A stretch of 64,000 nt of DNA from NCBI GenBank assembly GCA_964558575.1, contig CAZLEQ010000008.1, positions 1,274 to 65,273 on the forward strand. The letters are read 5' to 3'. The stretch's first letter is position 1. Each line of letters opens with the position of its first letter. The stretch comes from an uncultured Acidimicrobiaceae bacterium. GTDB taxonomy: Bacteria > Actinomycetota > Acidimicrobiia > Spongiisociales > ZC4RG35. Shown in pieces: positions 53,618 through 62,943 of the stretch. The notes beneath the pieces are model-generated. The model was not told where the DNA came from. It did not search any database and saw only the letters and a list, made by a program, of their open reading frames with translations. The position numbers and the translations under genes are program-made.

Positions 53618-53626
53618 CTTGTCCCG

Positions 53627-54049
53627 GTGAACCCCGAAGAACGTCTGACCCAGATAGCCGAGGCTCTCTCCATACCCAGGGTGCACCGGCATATCTTCCT
53701 CTGCGCCGACCAGACCAACCCGAAATGTGCCCCGCGCGAGGAGACGAATCGGTTGTGGACTCACCTGAAGAGCAGGCTGAAGCAGTTCGATGCCGCCTCT
53801 GCACCCCCGAGTTGGCAAGGGGACATGGAACACCGGCCCGAGCCGGTGGTGCCGGGGACGGGGATCGTGCTCCGGACCAAGGCCGATTGTCTCCGCATCT
53901 GCGAGCAGGGTTGCATCGCCGTCGTCTATCCCGAAGGCACCTGGTACGCCAACCTCGACCTCGAGAAGCTGGACCGGGTCATCGATGAGCACCTCATCGG
54001 GGGTCGTCCCGTCGAGGAGTTGTCCTTCGCCGTCGGTGACCTGAAGTGA
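53627..54049 (+). CDS. Thioredoxin-like [2Fe-2S] ferredoxin domain protein
   Basis: HIFLCADQTNPKC ... CLRICEQGC cysteine pattern, VVYPEG.WY; 140 aa, located 9 nt after selD. Confidence 0.65.
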   Translation: MNPEERLTQIAEALSIPRVHRHIFLCADQTNPKCAPREETNRLWTHLKSRLKQFDAASAPPSWQGDMEHRPEPVVPGTGIVLRTKADCLRICEQGCIAVVYPEGTWYANLDLEKLDRVIDEHLIGGRPVEELSFAVGDLK

Positions 54050-54948
54050 TGATGTGGGTCAAGTGGTCCGTGATGGCCGCCATCCTCTGGAGACTGTTCG
54101 GCCCACGGCTCCAGCCGGAGTTCAAGCCGCCCCAGGAGCACCCATTGCGGGTTCCCGGTCGTACCGTCTTCGTGGGGGATGAGGAGTACCTGGTGCGGGA
54201 GATGGGCCCCGATCAGGGTGTTCCCATCTTCCTCGTCCACGGGTTGGCCGGCGCCTCACTCACCGAGTGGTATCAGATCGCGCCCAAGCTGGCAGTCGAT
54301 CGCCGCGTCGTCATGGTCGACCATCGGGGTCACGGGCTCTCGGCACGAGGCGATCTCAGGTTCGAGGTTGCCGACGATGCCGATGACCTGGCCGGCGTCC
54401 TCGACGCCCTCGGCATCGGCGAGGCCGACGTGGTGGGGTACTCGATGGGCGGCGCCATCGCCCAGGCACTGGCGATACGTCATCCGGGTCGGGTTCGCAA
54501 GCTGGTGTTGATCGCCACATTCGCCGCTCACTCGCAGGGCTATCGATGGGCGAGATGGATCGGTGCCGTCCTCACCAGAGGCTGGGAGAGGATCAGCGGT
54601 TTCGGCACTCCGGAGGTCCGCAGCGGTTACCTGATCGCACGTGGGGCGGTCGAGCCCCGCCACGCCCGATGGCTGTGGCGGGAGACCCTCCGCCGTGATC
54701 TGGAGAGCGGCGCCCAGGCCACCTTCGCCCTGCTGCGGTTCGACTCCACCGCTTGGGTGGGGAGACTCGAGACCAAGACGATGGTGATGGTGCCGTCGCA
54801 TGACTTCCTGGTGCCCCCGCGCTGGCAGTACCAACTGGCATCGGCCCTGACCGACGCCAAGCTGGTGGAGGTGGAAGGAGCCGGGCACGAACTGGTCTGG
54901 ACCCACACCGACCGCGTGGTGGACGAGCTCCGCGCCTTCCTCGGTTGA
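54046..54948 (+). CDS. Alpha/beta hydrolase fold protein
   Basis: LVHGLAG oxyanion region, the nucleophile elbow GYSMGG, and a C-terminal GAGHE catalytic His. GTGA overlap with the upstream stop. Confidence 0.85.
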   Translation: MMMWVKWSVMAAILWRLFGPRLQPEFKPPQEHPLRVPGRTVFVGDEEYLVREMGPDQGVPIFLVHGLAGASLTEWYQIAPKLAVDRRVVMVDHRGHGLSARGDLRFEVADDADDLAGVLDALGIGEADVVGYSMGGAIAQALAIRHPGRVRKLVLIATFAAHSQGYRWARWIGAVLTRGWERISGFGTPEVRSGYLIARGAVEPRHARWLWRETLRRDLESGAQATFALLRFDSTAWVGRLETKTMVMVPSHDFLVPPRWQYQLASALTDAKLVEVEGAGHELVWTHTDRVVDELRAFLG

Positions 54949-54958
54949 GAGGACCACC

Positions 54959-55007
54959 CGCGAACCCGGGGTTGGAGGCACCGGTCAGCGAAGTCTGGCG
55001 CCCCCAG
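54959..55007. repeat. About 49-bp intergenic repeat, family 3, copy Y
   Basis: CGCGAACCCGGGGTTGGAGGCACCGGTCAGCGAAGTCTGGCGCCCCCAG. It lies between the convergent hydrolase and acylase genes. Confidence 0.6.
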
Positions 55008-55027
55008 GTGGCGTCGACGTCAGGCGC

Positions 55028-57535
55028 CTAGCCCGCCGGCAGGAGCGTCAGCACCTCGGTAGCCACCGCGTCGACAGCCTCGCGGCTCCACGGCATCGGC
55101 CCGTGCACCCCGTCCACCCACATCTCGATCATCGAGTCGTAGTTGCGATGGAAGGCATGTCCGGACTGTCCCGTGGTGTGGACGAAGGAGGAGGCGTCGA
55201 AGTCGGCGAGGTCGACGACCATTCGCTGTGAGGGCACCCAATCGACCTCATAGGAGCTGGAGGTGTCCCAGCCCACGGCATTGAGAACCGACTCGCTACC
55301 CCCGACGCGTGCCGGGGCGGTCCGGTTGAAAAGCCACTCGATGAAAGCGATGCCCGACTGACCCAGGCTCTGATTCTCGAAACGGGCTATGTGGACCTCG
55401 CCCCAGGTCCACGACGAGTCGTCGTCACCCAACAGCTCGGTGAGCTCACGATGGGCGTCGCCCATCGACTGCAACAGGATCTGGTCCCTGGTCTCGGTCT
55501 CCGGTGTCGTGATGTCGTCCCACCAGGGGTCGTCGGGTCGCTCCAGGAGATGGCGCATAACCTCGAACCAGCGACTCCCCCCACCGGGCCAATAGTCCTC
55601 GGGAAGGTCGTCGTGGAAGGTGTTCGCCAACAGGTGACGCCAGGTGGCCATATAGACCGCGGCGCCGGCGGAACTGGGGTCGGCCTGGAAGGCGTGAGCC
55701 CCGGTCGACCAGTCTTCGAGTCGCTCCTGGACCCGGATCACCGTCGGGTCGTCCCCCGCTTCCACCTCCAGGAGGTAGGGGACGACGATCTCGGCGCCAC
55801 CGTCACGACCGTCCATCTGCATCTGTTGGCTGGAGGCGACGTCATGGGGGCCGGCAGTGAGCAGATCCACGATCCGTTGGGCGCGATAGCCATGGGCGCT
55901 GTCCGTGCTGATCAGCGGGCTCACCCCTGGTCGGAGGACGGATTGGTTCGCTGATTGGATGAAGCCCTGGGGCGGATTGAGCATGCGGGGCATCTCGCCG
56001 GGAGAAACGAACCCGGTCCAGTCGTACTCGGTGGTCCATCCCGACACCGGATAGCGGCCGTCGCCGGAGGCCCGCACCGGGAGCTCTCCGGTGGCGAAGT
56101 AGGCGATGTTCCCCTCCACGTCGGCGTAGACGAGGTTCTGGGGAGCGATGTCCCAGAGTGCGACCGCGTCGGCGAACTCCTCGTAGCTCCGTGCCAGATT
56201 GATGCCGATGAAGGCGTCGACGATCGAAGACGGCTCGAGCGCCCTCCACGACAAGGCCACCACGTGCTCACCGGGAATCTCCACGAGGGAAGATCCAGCG
56301 AACACCCCACCGGCGATGTAGGTGCCCGAGATCACCGGCCCGTGCCGGCTGATCAGAACCCCGGTGGTCACCTCGTCGCCACCGGCCACCCGAAAGGTCT
56401 CCGTCCTCACGTCGAACCCGACCCACTCTCCATCGACCTCGTACAGCCGAGGGTCGTCGGGGTGGGTTCTCTCGATGAACAGGTCCTGGGTGTCGGCGGC
56501 CTGGTTGGTGACACTCCAGGCCGCGTGGCCGTTGTGCCCGATCACCACTGTGGGGGTCCCGGGGAAACTGAATCCCACGACGTCGAATCTGCAGTCCTCC
56601 GATCGCTCGACACAATGGAGACCGTTGGCGTACCAGATCGAGGGCATTTGATTGGCGAGGTGGGTGTCGTTGGCCAGGATGGGGAGCCCTGAGGAGGTCA
56701 TGGCACCGCTCACCGCCCAATTGTTCGATCCGATCCCCTCGAAACCACCTCCGGTCACCGCCATCACCCGGTCGATACCATCCCGCGCCGCCAGCACCGG
56801 AGCAATCATCTCTCCAGCGAGAGTGGACCGGTTGGAGGGCCCCTTGGCCAACTCCGGGCCGGACTCCACGATCACCGGCTTGTCGTCGGGCATGGGCGGG
56901 TAGAGCTGTTCCACCCGCTCGAGGTTCAGCCCGACGCCGAGAAGCGTGCGGTCGATCTCGGCGCCCATGTTCCCACCGAGGTCCCAGGCCATCACCTTGG
57001 ACCACATCAGCGTGTCGACCGGCCTCCAGGGCTCGATCTCGTAGTCGGAGTTCTGCAGGCCTACAACGGCGTACTCGAGACTGACCGCGGGGCCGGAGCG
57101 GGTCTCGAGATAGGCGTTGACCCCGTCGGCATAGGCCTGGAGTATCTCTCTGCCCGCCGAGCCCATTCCGGCCCACTCCTTCTCGGCCAGGGCCTCGAAC
57201 CCGAGTGAGCGGAGAAAGATGTCGGCTTCGACCTGTGAGCCCCCGAACAGCTCGGCAAGACGCCCCGCTCCGATGTGACGCCAGAAGTCCATCTGCCAGA
57301 AACGGTCCTGGGCGTGGGTGAACCCTTGTGCAAAGAAGAGGTCGTGCTCGGTGGAGGCGTAGATGTGGGGCACCCCGAGCTCGTCGCGAACCACCTCGAC
57401 CCGGTCGTCGAGAGCCGCCATTCGGATCTCGCCACTGGTCTGGGGAAACGACTGCCGCACGGTGAACACTCCGTATGCCCCTGCGGCGAGAACCACCACC
57501 GAGAGGAACACGAGGATTCGCCTCAGCCAGCGCAC
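55028..57535 (-). CDS. Penicillin acylase family (Ntn-hydrolase; penicillin/AHL/cephalosporin acylase-like) protein
   Basis: Signal/TM N-terminus, RDE.GVPHI.A....D..FAQG..HAQDR.WQMD, the autoprocessing site GSNNWAVSG, and P..G...SAN; 835 aa. Confidence 0.9.
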   Translation of the reverse strand: MRWLRRILVFLSVVVLAAGAYGVFTVRQSFPQTSGEIRMAALDDRVEVVRDELGVPHIYASTEHDLFFAQGFTHAQDRFWQMDFWRHIGAGRLAELFGGSQVEADIFLRSLGFEALAEKEWAGMGSAGREILQAYADGVNAYLETRSGPAVSLEYAVVGLQNSDYEIEPWRPVDTLMWSKVMAWDLGGNMGAEIDRTLLGVGLNLERVEQLYPPMPDDKPVIVESGPELAKGPSNRSTLAGEMIAPVLAARDGIDRVMAVTGGGFEGIGSNNWAVSGAMTSSGLPILANDTHLANQMPSIWYANGLHCVERSEDCRFDVVGFSFPGTPTVVIGHNGHAAWSVTNQAADTQDLFIERTHPDDPRLYEVDGEWVGFDVRTETFRVAGGDEVTTGVLISRHGPVISGTYIAGGVFAGSSLVEIPGEHVVALSWRALEPSSIVDAFIGINLARSYEEFADAVALWDIAPQNLVYADVEGNIAYFATGELPVRASGDGRYPVSGWTTEYDWTGFVSPGEMPRMLNPPQGFIQSANQSVLRPGVSPLISTDSAHGYRAQRIVDLLTAGPHDVASSQQMQMDGRDGGAEIVVPYLLEVEAGDDPTVIRVQERLEDWSTGAHAFQADPSSAGAAVYMATWRHLLANTFHDDLPEDYWPGGGSRWFEVMRHLLERPDDPWWDDITTPETETRDQILLQSMGDAHRELTELLGDDDSSWTWGEVHIARFENQSLGQSGIAFIEWLFNRTAPARVGGSESVLNAVGWDTSSSYEVDWVPSQRMVVDLADFDASSFVHTTGQSGHAFHRNYDSMIEMWVDGVHGPMPWSREAVDAVATEVLTLLPAG

Positions 57536-57590
57536 AAGGGGACACTAGGGCCACGTGCCCGCAAACCGCCTATCCCGATAGCGTTTCGTC

Positions 57591-58028
57591 ATGACCGGTA
57601 GGGCCGTGGCCGTGTTCCTGGTGTTGGCCGCGGTGGCCTGCGGCCCGGGCGAGCAGGTCGACAGCTCTACCTCTTCGACCGTTCTGGGCGTCTCGACCAC
57701 CACGACTCCGACGACTCCGGATCGAACTACCACCATCGCACCGCGCGACATCACGACCAACACCACGACCGCGGAGACTCTCGTCGAGGTCCGCGGAGGT
57801 GAAGTGGAAGGGCCTGATGTGGTCGAGGTCGACCTGGGAGCCACGGTGGACGTGTGGGTGCTCTCCGACATCGACGACGAGATCCACGTCCACGGCTACG
57901 ACCTGACCTTCGAGATCATTGGCGGCAACCCATTCCACTTGACGTTCATCGCCGATGTTCCTGGCATCTTCGAGGTGGAGGCCCACTCCGGTCACACCCA
58001 CCTCTTCGAGCTTCGGGTGCTGGGATGA
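57591..58028 (+). CDS. Lipoprotein with a cupredoxin-like C-terminal domain
   Basis: Lipobox LAAVAC, a Thr-rich linker, then V.V.LGATVDVWV.SD.DDEIHVHGYD......G....L.F.A..PG.FEVE.H. The fold call is tentative. Confidence 0.55.
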   Translation: MTGRAVAVFLVLAAVACGPGEQVDSSTSSTVLGVSTTTTPTTPDRTTTIAPRDITTNTTTAETLVEVRGGEVEGPDVVEVDLGATVDVWVLSDIDDEIHVHGYDLTFEIIGGNPFHLTFIADVPGIFEVEAHSGHTHLFELRVLG

Positions 58029-59320
58029 TCCTGGCCCATGGCATCGGCGGGCGGTCCGATCTGCCCCTGCCCCTGACCATCTTGGTGTTGGCGGCGGCGG
58101 CAGTGCTGGTGATCAGCTTCGTCGCCCTGGGGATGCTCTGGACCAGGCCGCGATACCAGGACGGGCCACGATATGACGGGCCGTCGGTCCGGGTCCCCAC
58201 CCGGACCGTCCTCGCCATCCTTGGCCTCATCGGGCTGTTCCTCGTGACCGGTCAGGTGGTTCCCCCATTGCTCGGGATCGAGCGGGTCGGCCTCCGGCCC
58301 ACAGTGGCTCCCGTCGCCATCTGGGTTGCCCTCTGGCTGGTGGTGCCGTTCACCGGAGCCCTCATCGGGAACTGGTATGCCGATCTCAACCCATGGCGCA
58401 CCCTGGCCCGGGGACTCGGGCTCGGTAACCAGGAGCGGATCGGGCTTCCTCACACCGTCGGCCTGTGGCCGGCGACGATGGTGTTCCTGGTCTTCGCCTG
58501 GTTCGAGCTGGTCAGCCCGCGTCCCGGCGACCCCACGGTGCTGGGATTCGTCGTGCTCGGCTACACGGTCTTCCTTCTCTTGGCGATGACGTGGGCCGGT
58601 CGGGAGACCGGTCTGGCTGTCTTCGATTTCCTCACCCCGTACAACAGGCTGATCTCGGCGATATCACCGCTGGGGCGGAACCGGCACGGTGAGCTGGTGT
58701 GGCGGGGCTGGTTGCGCGCCCTCACCGTGATTCCGGAATGGCCCGGGCTGTGGGTCTTCGCCGTCGTCATGATCGCCACGGTCTCCTATGACGGGGCCGC
58801 GGGCACTGACTGGCTCCGGGTCACAAGCGGTGGATTGATCGACACCACCCGGGGACGCACGGTTCTCCTGCTGGTGTCTGTCGCCGTGGTCGCCCTCGGC
58901 TACTTGCTGGCCTGCGCCGTGGCGGCCCGGCTGTCGGGGGGTCGGTGGCGGCCAATCGAGGTGGCGCAGCGCTTCGCCCACACTCTCGTCCCGATCGGGC
59001 TCGCCTATGCCACCTCCCATTACTTCACCCTCATCTTGTTCGAAGGCCAGCAAGTGGTGGCCGCCCTGTCGGATCCGTTCGGTTTGGGCTGGGACCTGTT
59101 CGGCTCCGCCGAGTACCGGGTCAACTTCTTCATCCGCACCTCGACGCCTGTCTGGTTGTCGCAGGTAGCGTTTATCGTCGGAGGGCATCTCGCAGGGGTC
59201 GTTCTCGCCCACGATCGCTCGTTGCAAGACTTCGGGGATGGGGCGGGCCGATCCCAGTATGCGATGCTCGTGCTGATGATCGCCCTCACCAGTCTCGCAC
59301 TATTGATTCTCTCCGGATGA
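58025..59320 (+). CDS. Polytopic membrane protein of unknown function (about 10-12 TM)
   Basis: 431 aa starting MILAHGIGGRSDLPLP, hydrophobic throughout, with His-containing motifs at both ends (HGIGG; GGHLAGVVLAHD). ATGA overlaps join it to both neighbours. Confidence 0.6.
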   Translation: MILAHGIGGRSDLPLPLTILVLAAAAVLVISFVALGMLWTRPRYQDGPRYDGPSVRVPTRTVLAILGLIGLFLVTGQVVPPLLGIERVGLRPTVAPVAIWVALWLVVPFTGALIGNWYADLNPWRTLARGLGLGNQERIGLPHTVGLWPATMVFLVFAWFELVSPRPGDPTVLGFVVLGYTVFLLLAMTWAGRETGLAVFDFLTPYNRLISAISPLGRNRHGELVWRGWLRALTVIPEWPGLWVFAVVMIATVSYDGAAGTDWLRVTSGGLIDTTRGRTVLLLVSVAVVALGYLLACAVAARLSGGRWRPIEVAQRFAHTLVPIGLAYATSHYFTLILFEGQQVVAALSDPFGLGWDLFGSAEYRVNFFIRTSTPVWLSQVAFIVGGHLAGVVLAHDRSLQDFGDGAGRSQYAMLVLMIALTSLALLILSG

Positions 59321-60216
59321 CAGAACTCCATCAACCGGCCGCAGTCGACGCTTCCCCTGGCACCCGTACCAGGGTCGGTGCCTACGTGGCTCTGACCAAG
59401 CCGCGAATCATCGAACTGCTCCTGATCACGACCCTCCCGTCGATGGTCCTGGCCGCCGGCGGGTGGCCGGGAACCTGGTTGGTCGTAGCCACCCTGATCG
59501 GCGGGACCCTCTCCGCAGGTGGCGCCAACGCCCTGAACATGTACTACGACCGCGACATCGACGAGGTGATGCGACGAACCCGGGCCCGTCCGCTGGCGAG
59601 ACGGGAGGTCTCCCCGCAGCACGCGTTGACCTTCGGGATCGTCCTCGGTGTCCTCGGCTACGTCTGGCTCTGGGTCTTCACCACGCTCCTCGCCGGTCTC
59701 ATCGCCAGCGCAGCTCTCCTCTTCTACGTCTTCGTCTACACGATGACCCTCAAGCGATCGTCGGTGCAGAACATCGTGATCGGAGGTGCGGCCGGGGCCG
59801 CTCCGGCCCTGGTCGGTTGGGCCGCGGTGTCGGGAACCGTGGGAGTGCCTGCCTGGGTCCTGTTTCTCATCGTCTTCTACTGGACGCCACCCCACTTCTG
59901 GGCGCTGGCCCTGAGGTACAAGGACGACTACGCCGCAGCCGGGGTACCGATGCTTCCCGTGGTAGTCGGGGTCGAGGCCACCACCCGGAGGATGCTGCTG
60001 TACACCGGCCTGATGGTCGGAGTCTCACTGCTCCTGGTTCCTCTCGGGGGCATGTCGTGGATCTACCTGGTGGCGGCGCTCGGCCTCGGAGCCTGGTTCC
60101 TCTGGGACACCTGGCGAGTGGTGCGCCATCCCGAGCAGGCAATGCGTCTCTTCACCACCTCGACGATCTACCTATCGGCTCTGTTCGCTGCCGTGATGCT
60201 GGACGTGCTGCTGTGA
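59317..60216 (+). CDS. ctaB: Protoheme IX farnesyltransferase (heme O synthase)
   Basis: YVALTKPRI..LL, GANALN.YYDRDID..M.RT..RP, and WTPPHFWALA motifs. The start was set at the ATG overlapping the upstream stop. Confidence 0.9.
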   Translation: MTELHQPAAVDASPGTRTRVGAYVALTKPRIIELLLITTLPSMVLAAGGWPGTWLVVATLIGGTLSAGGANALNMYYDRDIDEVMRRTRARPLARREVSPQHALTFGIVLGVLGYVWLWVFTTLLAGLIASAALLFYVFVYTMTLKRSSVQNIVIGGAAGAAPALVGWAAVSGTVGVPAWVLFLIVFYWTPPHFWALALRYKDDYAAAGVPMLPVVVGVEATTRRMLLYTGLMVGVSLLLVPLGGMSWIYLVAALGLGAWFLWDTWRVVRHPEQAMRLFTTSTIYLSALFAAVMLDVLL

Positions 60217-61037
60217 GGCGGCTGGCCGCCCTGCTGTTGGTGTTTGCGACCGTCGCCGCCTGTTCCGGGGAGACGAACTCCATGGGCCGTCTCGCCTCGA
60301 CCCAGGGCTCGATCGGTACCGGAGAGCAGCGGATCCTGGTCGCGGTGATCGACTTGCCCACCGGCGAGATGGTGGCCGTCCCCGATGTCACCCCGGTCGC
60401 CATCCTCCGCGACGACATCGGTTCGCCCCTGGGCGAGTACGAGGGCAGTTTCCTCTGGACGATCCCCGACGTCGTCGGTCTCTATGCCTTCTATGTCGAC
60501 ATCCCCGGCGCGGCGACCTATCAGCTCGACATCGACGCCGGTGAGCTGGGGGAGCTGGCACCGATCGGCTTCGTCGCCGTCGACGACCCGGTCCAGATCA
60601 CGGTGGGCGATCAGGCTCCACTCTCTGTGACCCGGACCCTGGCCGACGCGCCCCTCGAAGATCTCACCTCCGACCCCACCCCCGATGAGTCCTTCTACGA
60701 GATGACCGTCGCCGAGGCGGTGGGCTCGGGGCCGTCGGTGCTGGTCTTCGCCACACCGGTCTGGTGCACATCGCAGTCGTGCGGACCAATGCTCAACCAG
60801 GTCCAGCAGCTGGCTTCCGATTACCCGGACCTCAACTATGTCCACGTCGAGGTCTACGAGAACATCCACGTGACCAGCCGCGAGGATCTGGTGTTGGTCC
60901 CGGCCGTCCAGGAGTGGGGTCTCCCCACCGAGCCGTGGCTCTACGTGACCGACGCCACCGGCACGGTCACGGCTGCCTTCGAGGGGGCAGTATCCGACGA
61001 GGAGTTGCGCGGCGCCCTGGAGCAAGTCTCTGGCTGA
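60213..61037 (+). CDS. Lipoprotein with a C-terminal thioredoxin-fold-like domain (CxxxxC)
   Basis: Lipobox TVAAC. The C-terminal SVLVFATPVWCTSQSCGP...YVHVEVYE...PWLYV pattern resembles TlpA/Sco-like secreted thioredoxin folds. The GTGA start overlaps the ctaB stop. Confidence 0.55.
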   Translation: MRRLAALLLVFATVAACSGETNSMGRLASTQGSIGTGEQRILVAVIDLPTGEMVAVPDVTPVAILRDDIGSPLGEYEGSFLWTIPDVVGLYAFYVDIPGAATYQLDIDAGELGELAPIGFVAVDDPVQITVGDQAPLSVTRTLADAPLEDLTSDPTPDESFYEMTVAEAVGSGPSVLVFATPVWCTSQSCGPMLNQVQQLASDYPDLNYVHVEVYENIHVTSREDLVLVPAVQEWGLPTEPWLYVTDATGTVTAAFEGAVSDEELRGALEQVSG

Positions 61038-61106
61038 CGACCCGAATCGATCTCTTGTGCCCGCACGACACGCTCACCCGCACTCGGGCATTACGGATGG
61101 CTCAGC

Positions 61107-61709
61107 TCACTCCATGCTCAGTTGGAGCTGGATCATCTCCATGGTCTCGCTCATCAGCTCGTCGACCAACTCGGCGCGCCGGTCAGTGGGCTCCGCTTCC
61201 AGCACCTTCTGGAGGTCGAAGGCCTGCAATCCGGCGAGCTGAGCGAGTTGGTAGATCGCCTGCACCGGGTCTTCATTGAGCTCGGGCACCTCGGCGTCGA
61301 ACCCGGGGTTCAGCTCTGCGGCCACCGCGAGCAGCGCGGGAAGCCGGTTCGCAGCCGACTCCAACCACCGCATCCCCTCCTCGGTGAGGGGATCGTCCTC
61401 GAGATCCTCGATCCTCGCCAGGGGGTAGGGATTCGACTCCTGCCACTCGATCACTCTCAACCGGTGTCTGCCGATTGCGACCAGGGCCAGGTTCCCGTCC
61501 TCGTGCATCCCAGAGCCCACGATGTAAGCGGTGCACCCGATGTCGTAGGTCGGGTTGTCGTCGCGTGACTCGATCCCTCTCTCGATGAGGACCACCCCGA
61601 ACTCCCGGTCCCCGTCGATGATGTCGGCGTACATCTGGAGGTAGCGCGGCTCGAATAGGCGGAGTGGCAGCGCCATCCCGGGGAGCAGGGTCGAGCCCAG
61701 GGGGAACAT
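61107..61709 (-). CDS. LON N-terminal (substrate-binding) domain protein
   Basis: MFPLGSTLLPG..LPL.LFEPRY..M, then G.V.I..G and G......A.G..R. There is no AAA or protease domain. The start was trimmed to MFPLG. Confidence 0.8.
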   Translation of the reverse strand: MFPLGSTLLPGMALPLRLFEPRYLQMYADIIDGDREFGVVLIERGIESRDDNPTYDIGCTAYIVGSGMHEDGNLALVAIGRHRLRVIEWQESNPYPLARIEDLEDDPLTEEGMRWLESAANRLPALLAVAAELNPGFDAEVPELNEDPVQAIYQLAQLAGLQAFDLQKVLEAEPTDRRAELVDELMSETMEMIQLQLSME

Positions 61710-61878
61710 CGGTGATAGACGGCTCTCGCTCAAGGTACCTCCCAGCATGTCCGCCCGGTGTGGGCCGCGTCAAACGTCATCGACATGATTTCGGTCCCGC
61801 GGGCCGATCTGGATGCCGAGAGGTGGCGAGGGCCATGAGTTGGTCGCTACTTACGAATCTTCGTATGATGCCGTCCCG

Positions 61879-62943
61879 ATGGCCCCGTTCCGCCGACGAC
61901 CGACACGTTTCGCCGCGCTGGTTGGATCTGCATTCCTCCTCAGTGCGTGTGCGATCATCGAGGTCGAGGAGAATCCCCTCACCACCTTCGAGCCTGCGGG
62001 GCCGTTCGCCGAGCAGATCGACGGTCTCTTCTGGCTGGTGTTCTGGATCGCCACGGGCGTCTTCGTCCTGGTGATGGGGGGGCTGGTCGTCATCCTCTTC
62101 TTCTTCCGCGATCGTGGTAGTGACGGCAAGACCGAGCCCAAGCAACTCCACGGCAGCCCCAAGCTCGAGGTGCTATGGACGGTGATCCCGGCCTTGATCC
62201 TCGCCTTCATCGCCGTGCCCACGGTGTCGTCGATCTTCGAGCTGACCGAGTGCGGCCCCGACGCCTTGGAGATCGACGTCGTCGGCCACCAGTGGTGGTT
62301 CGAGTTCTACTACCCGGAGGCGGATGTCTACACCGCCAACGTCATGGTCATCCCCGCCGGCCAGGAGGTCTGTGCTCAGATGACCTCCGACGACGTGGTC
62401 CACAACTTCTGGGTTCCCGCCCTCAACGGGAAGCGCTATCTCATCCCGGGCCAGACGACCGAGCTCCGGCTCCAGGCCGACGAGCCGGGGGAGTTCTGGG
62501 CCCATTGCGCCGAGTTCTGCGGGCTGTCTCACTCGCTGATGCGAGCCCGGGTGCAGGCAGTCAGCCCGGCCGACTACGACCGATGGTTGGTCGACCAACA
62601 ACGGCCCACCATATTGCCCCAAGAGGGCGATCCCACCTATGAGGGGTACCAGGTGTATCTGAACAAGCAGTGCCTGCAGTGTCACCAGGTCCGCTTCGAT
62701 GACGAGGAGGCCTCCCGTCTCATCCCGCGGGAGGCGTTCAACGGGCCCGAGCTGACCCATTTCGCCTCGCGGAACGTCTTCGCCGGGGCGATCCTCCCTG
62801 AGGAGGGTGAGACCAGGGAAGAGGCGCTGAAGCGCTGGTTGGAGAACCCGCCCCATGTCAAGCCGGGCAGTTTCATGCCCGACCTGGCGCTGACCGAACA
62901 GGAGATCGACGCCCTCATCGTCTGGCTGGAGAGCATGGAATGA
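61879..62943 (+). CDS. ctaC: Cytochrome c oxidase subunit II with a fused C-terminal cytochrome c domain (caa3 type)
   Basis: Two TM helices, the CuA site HNFWVP...HCAEFCGLSHSLM, and the C-terminal heme motif CLQCH with a distal Met (GSFMPD). Confidence 0.9.
   Translation: MAPFRRRPTRFAALVGSAFLLSACAIIEVEENPLTTFEPAGPFAEQIDGLFWLVFWIATGVFVLVMGGLVVILFFFRDRGSDGKTEPKQLHGSPKLEVLWTVIPALILAFIAVPTVSSIFELTECGPDALEIDVVGHQWWFEFYYPEADVYTANVMVIPAGQEVCAQMTSDDVVHNFWVPALNGKRYLIPGQTTELRLQADEPGEFWAHCAEFCGLSHSLMRARVQAVSPADYDRWLVDQQRPTILPQEGDPTYEGYQVYLNKQCLQCHQVRFDDEEASRLIPREAFNGPELTHFASRNVFAGAILPEEGETREEALKRWLENPPHVKPGSFMPDLALTEQEIDALIVWLESME

Noticed and set aside
55028-57535. Whether the penicillin-acylase-family gene marks an antibiotic-resistance or quorum-quenching island.
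   Set aside because: It is a single gene with ordinary flanks (a hydrolase gene and oxidase-biogenesis genes). No mobile-element signatures are present apart from the small intergenic repeat. Substrate specificity cannot be inferred from the sequence alone.
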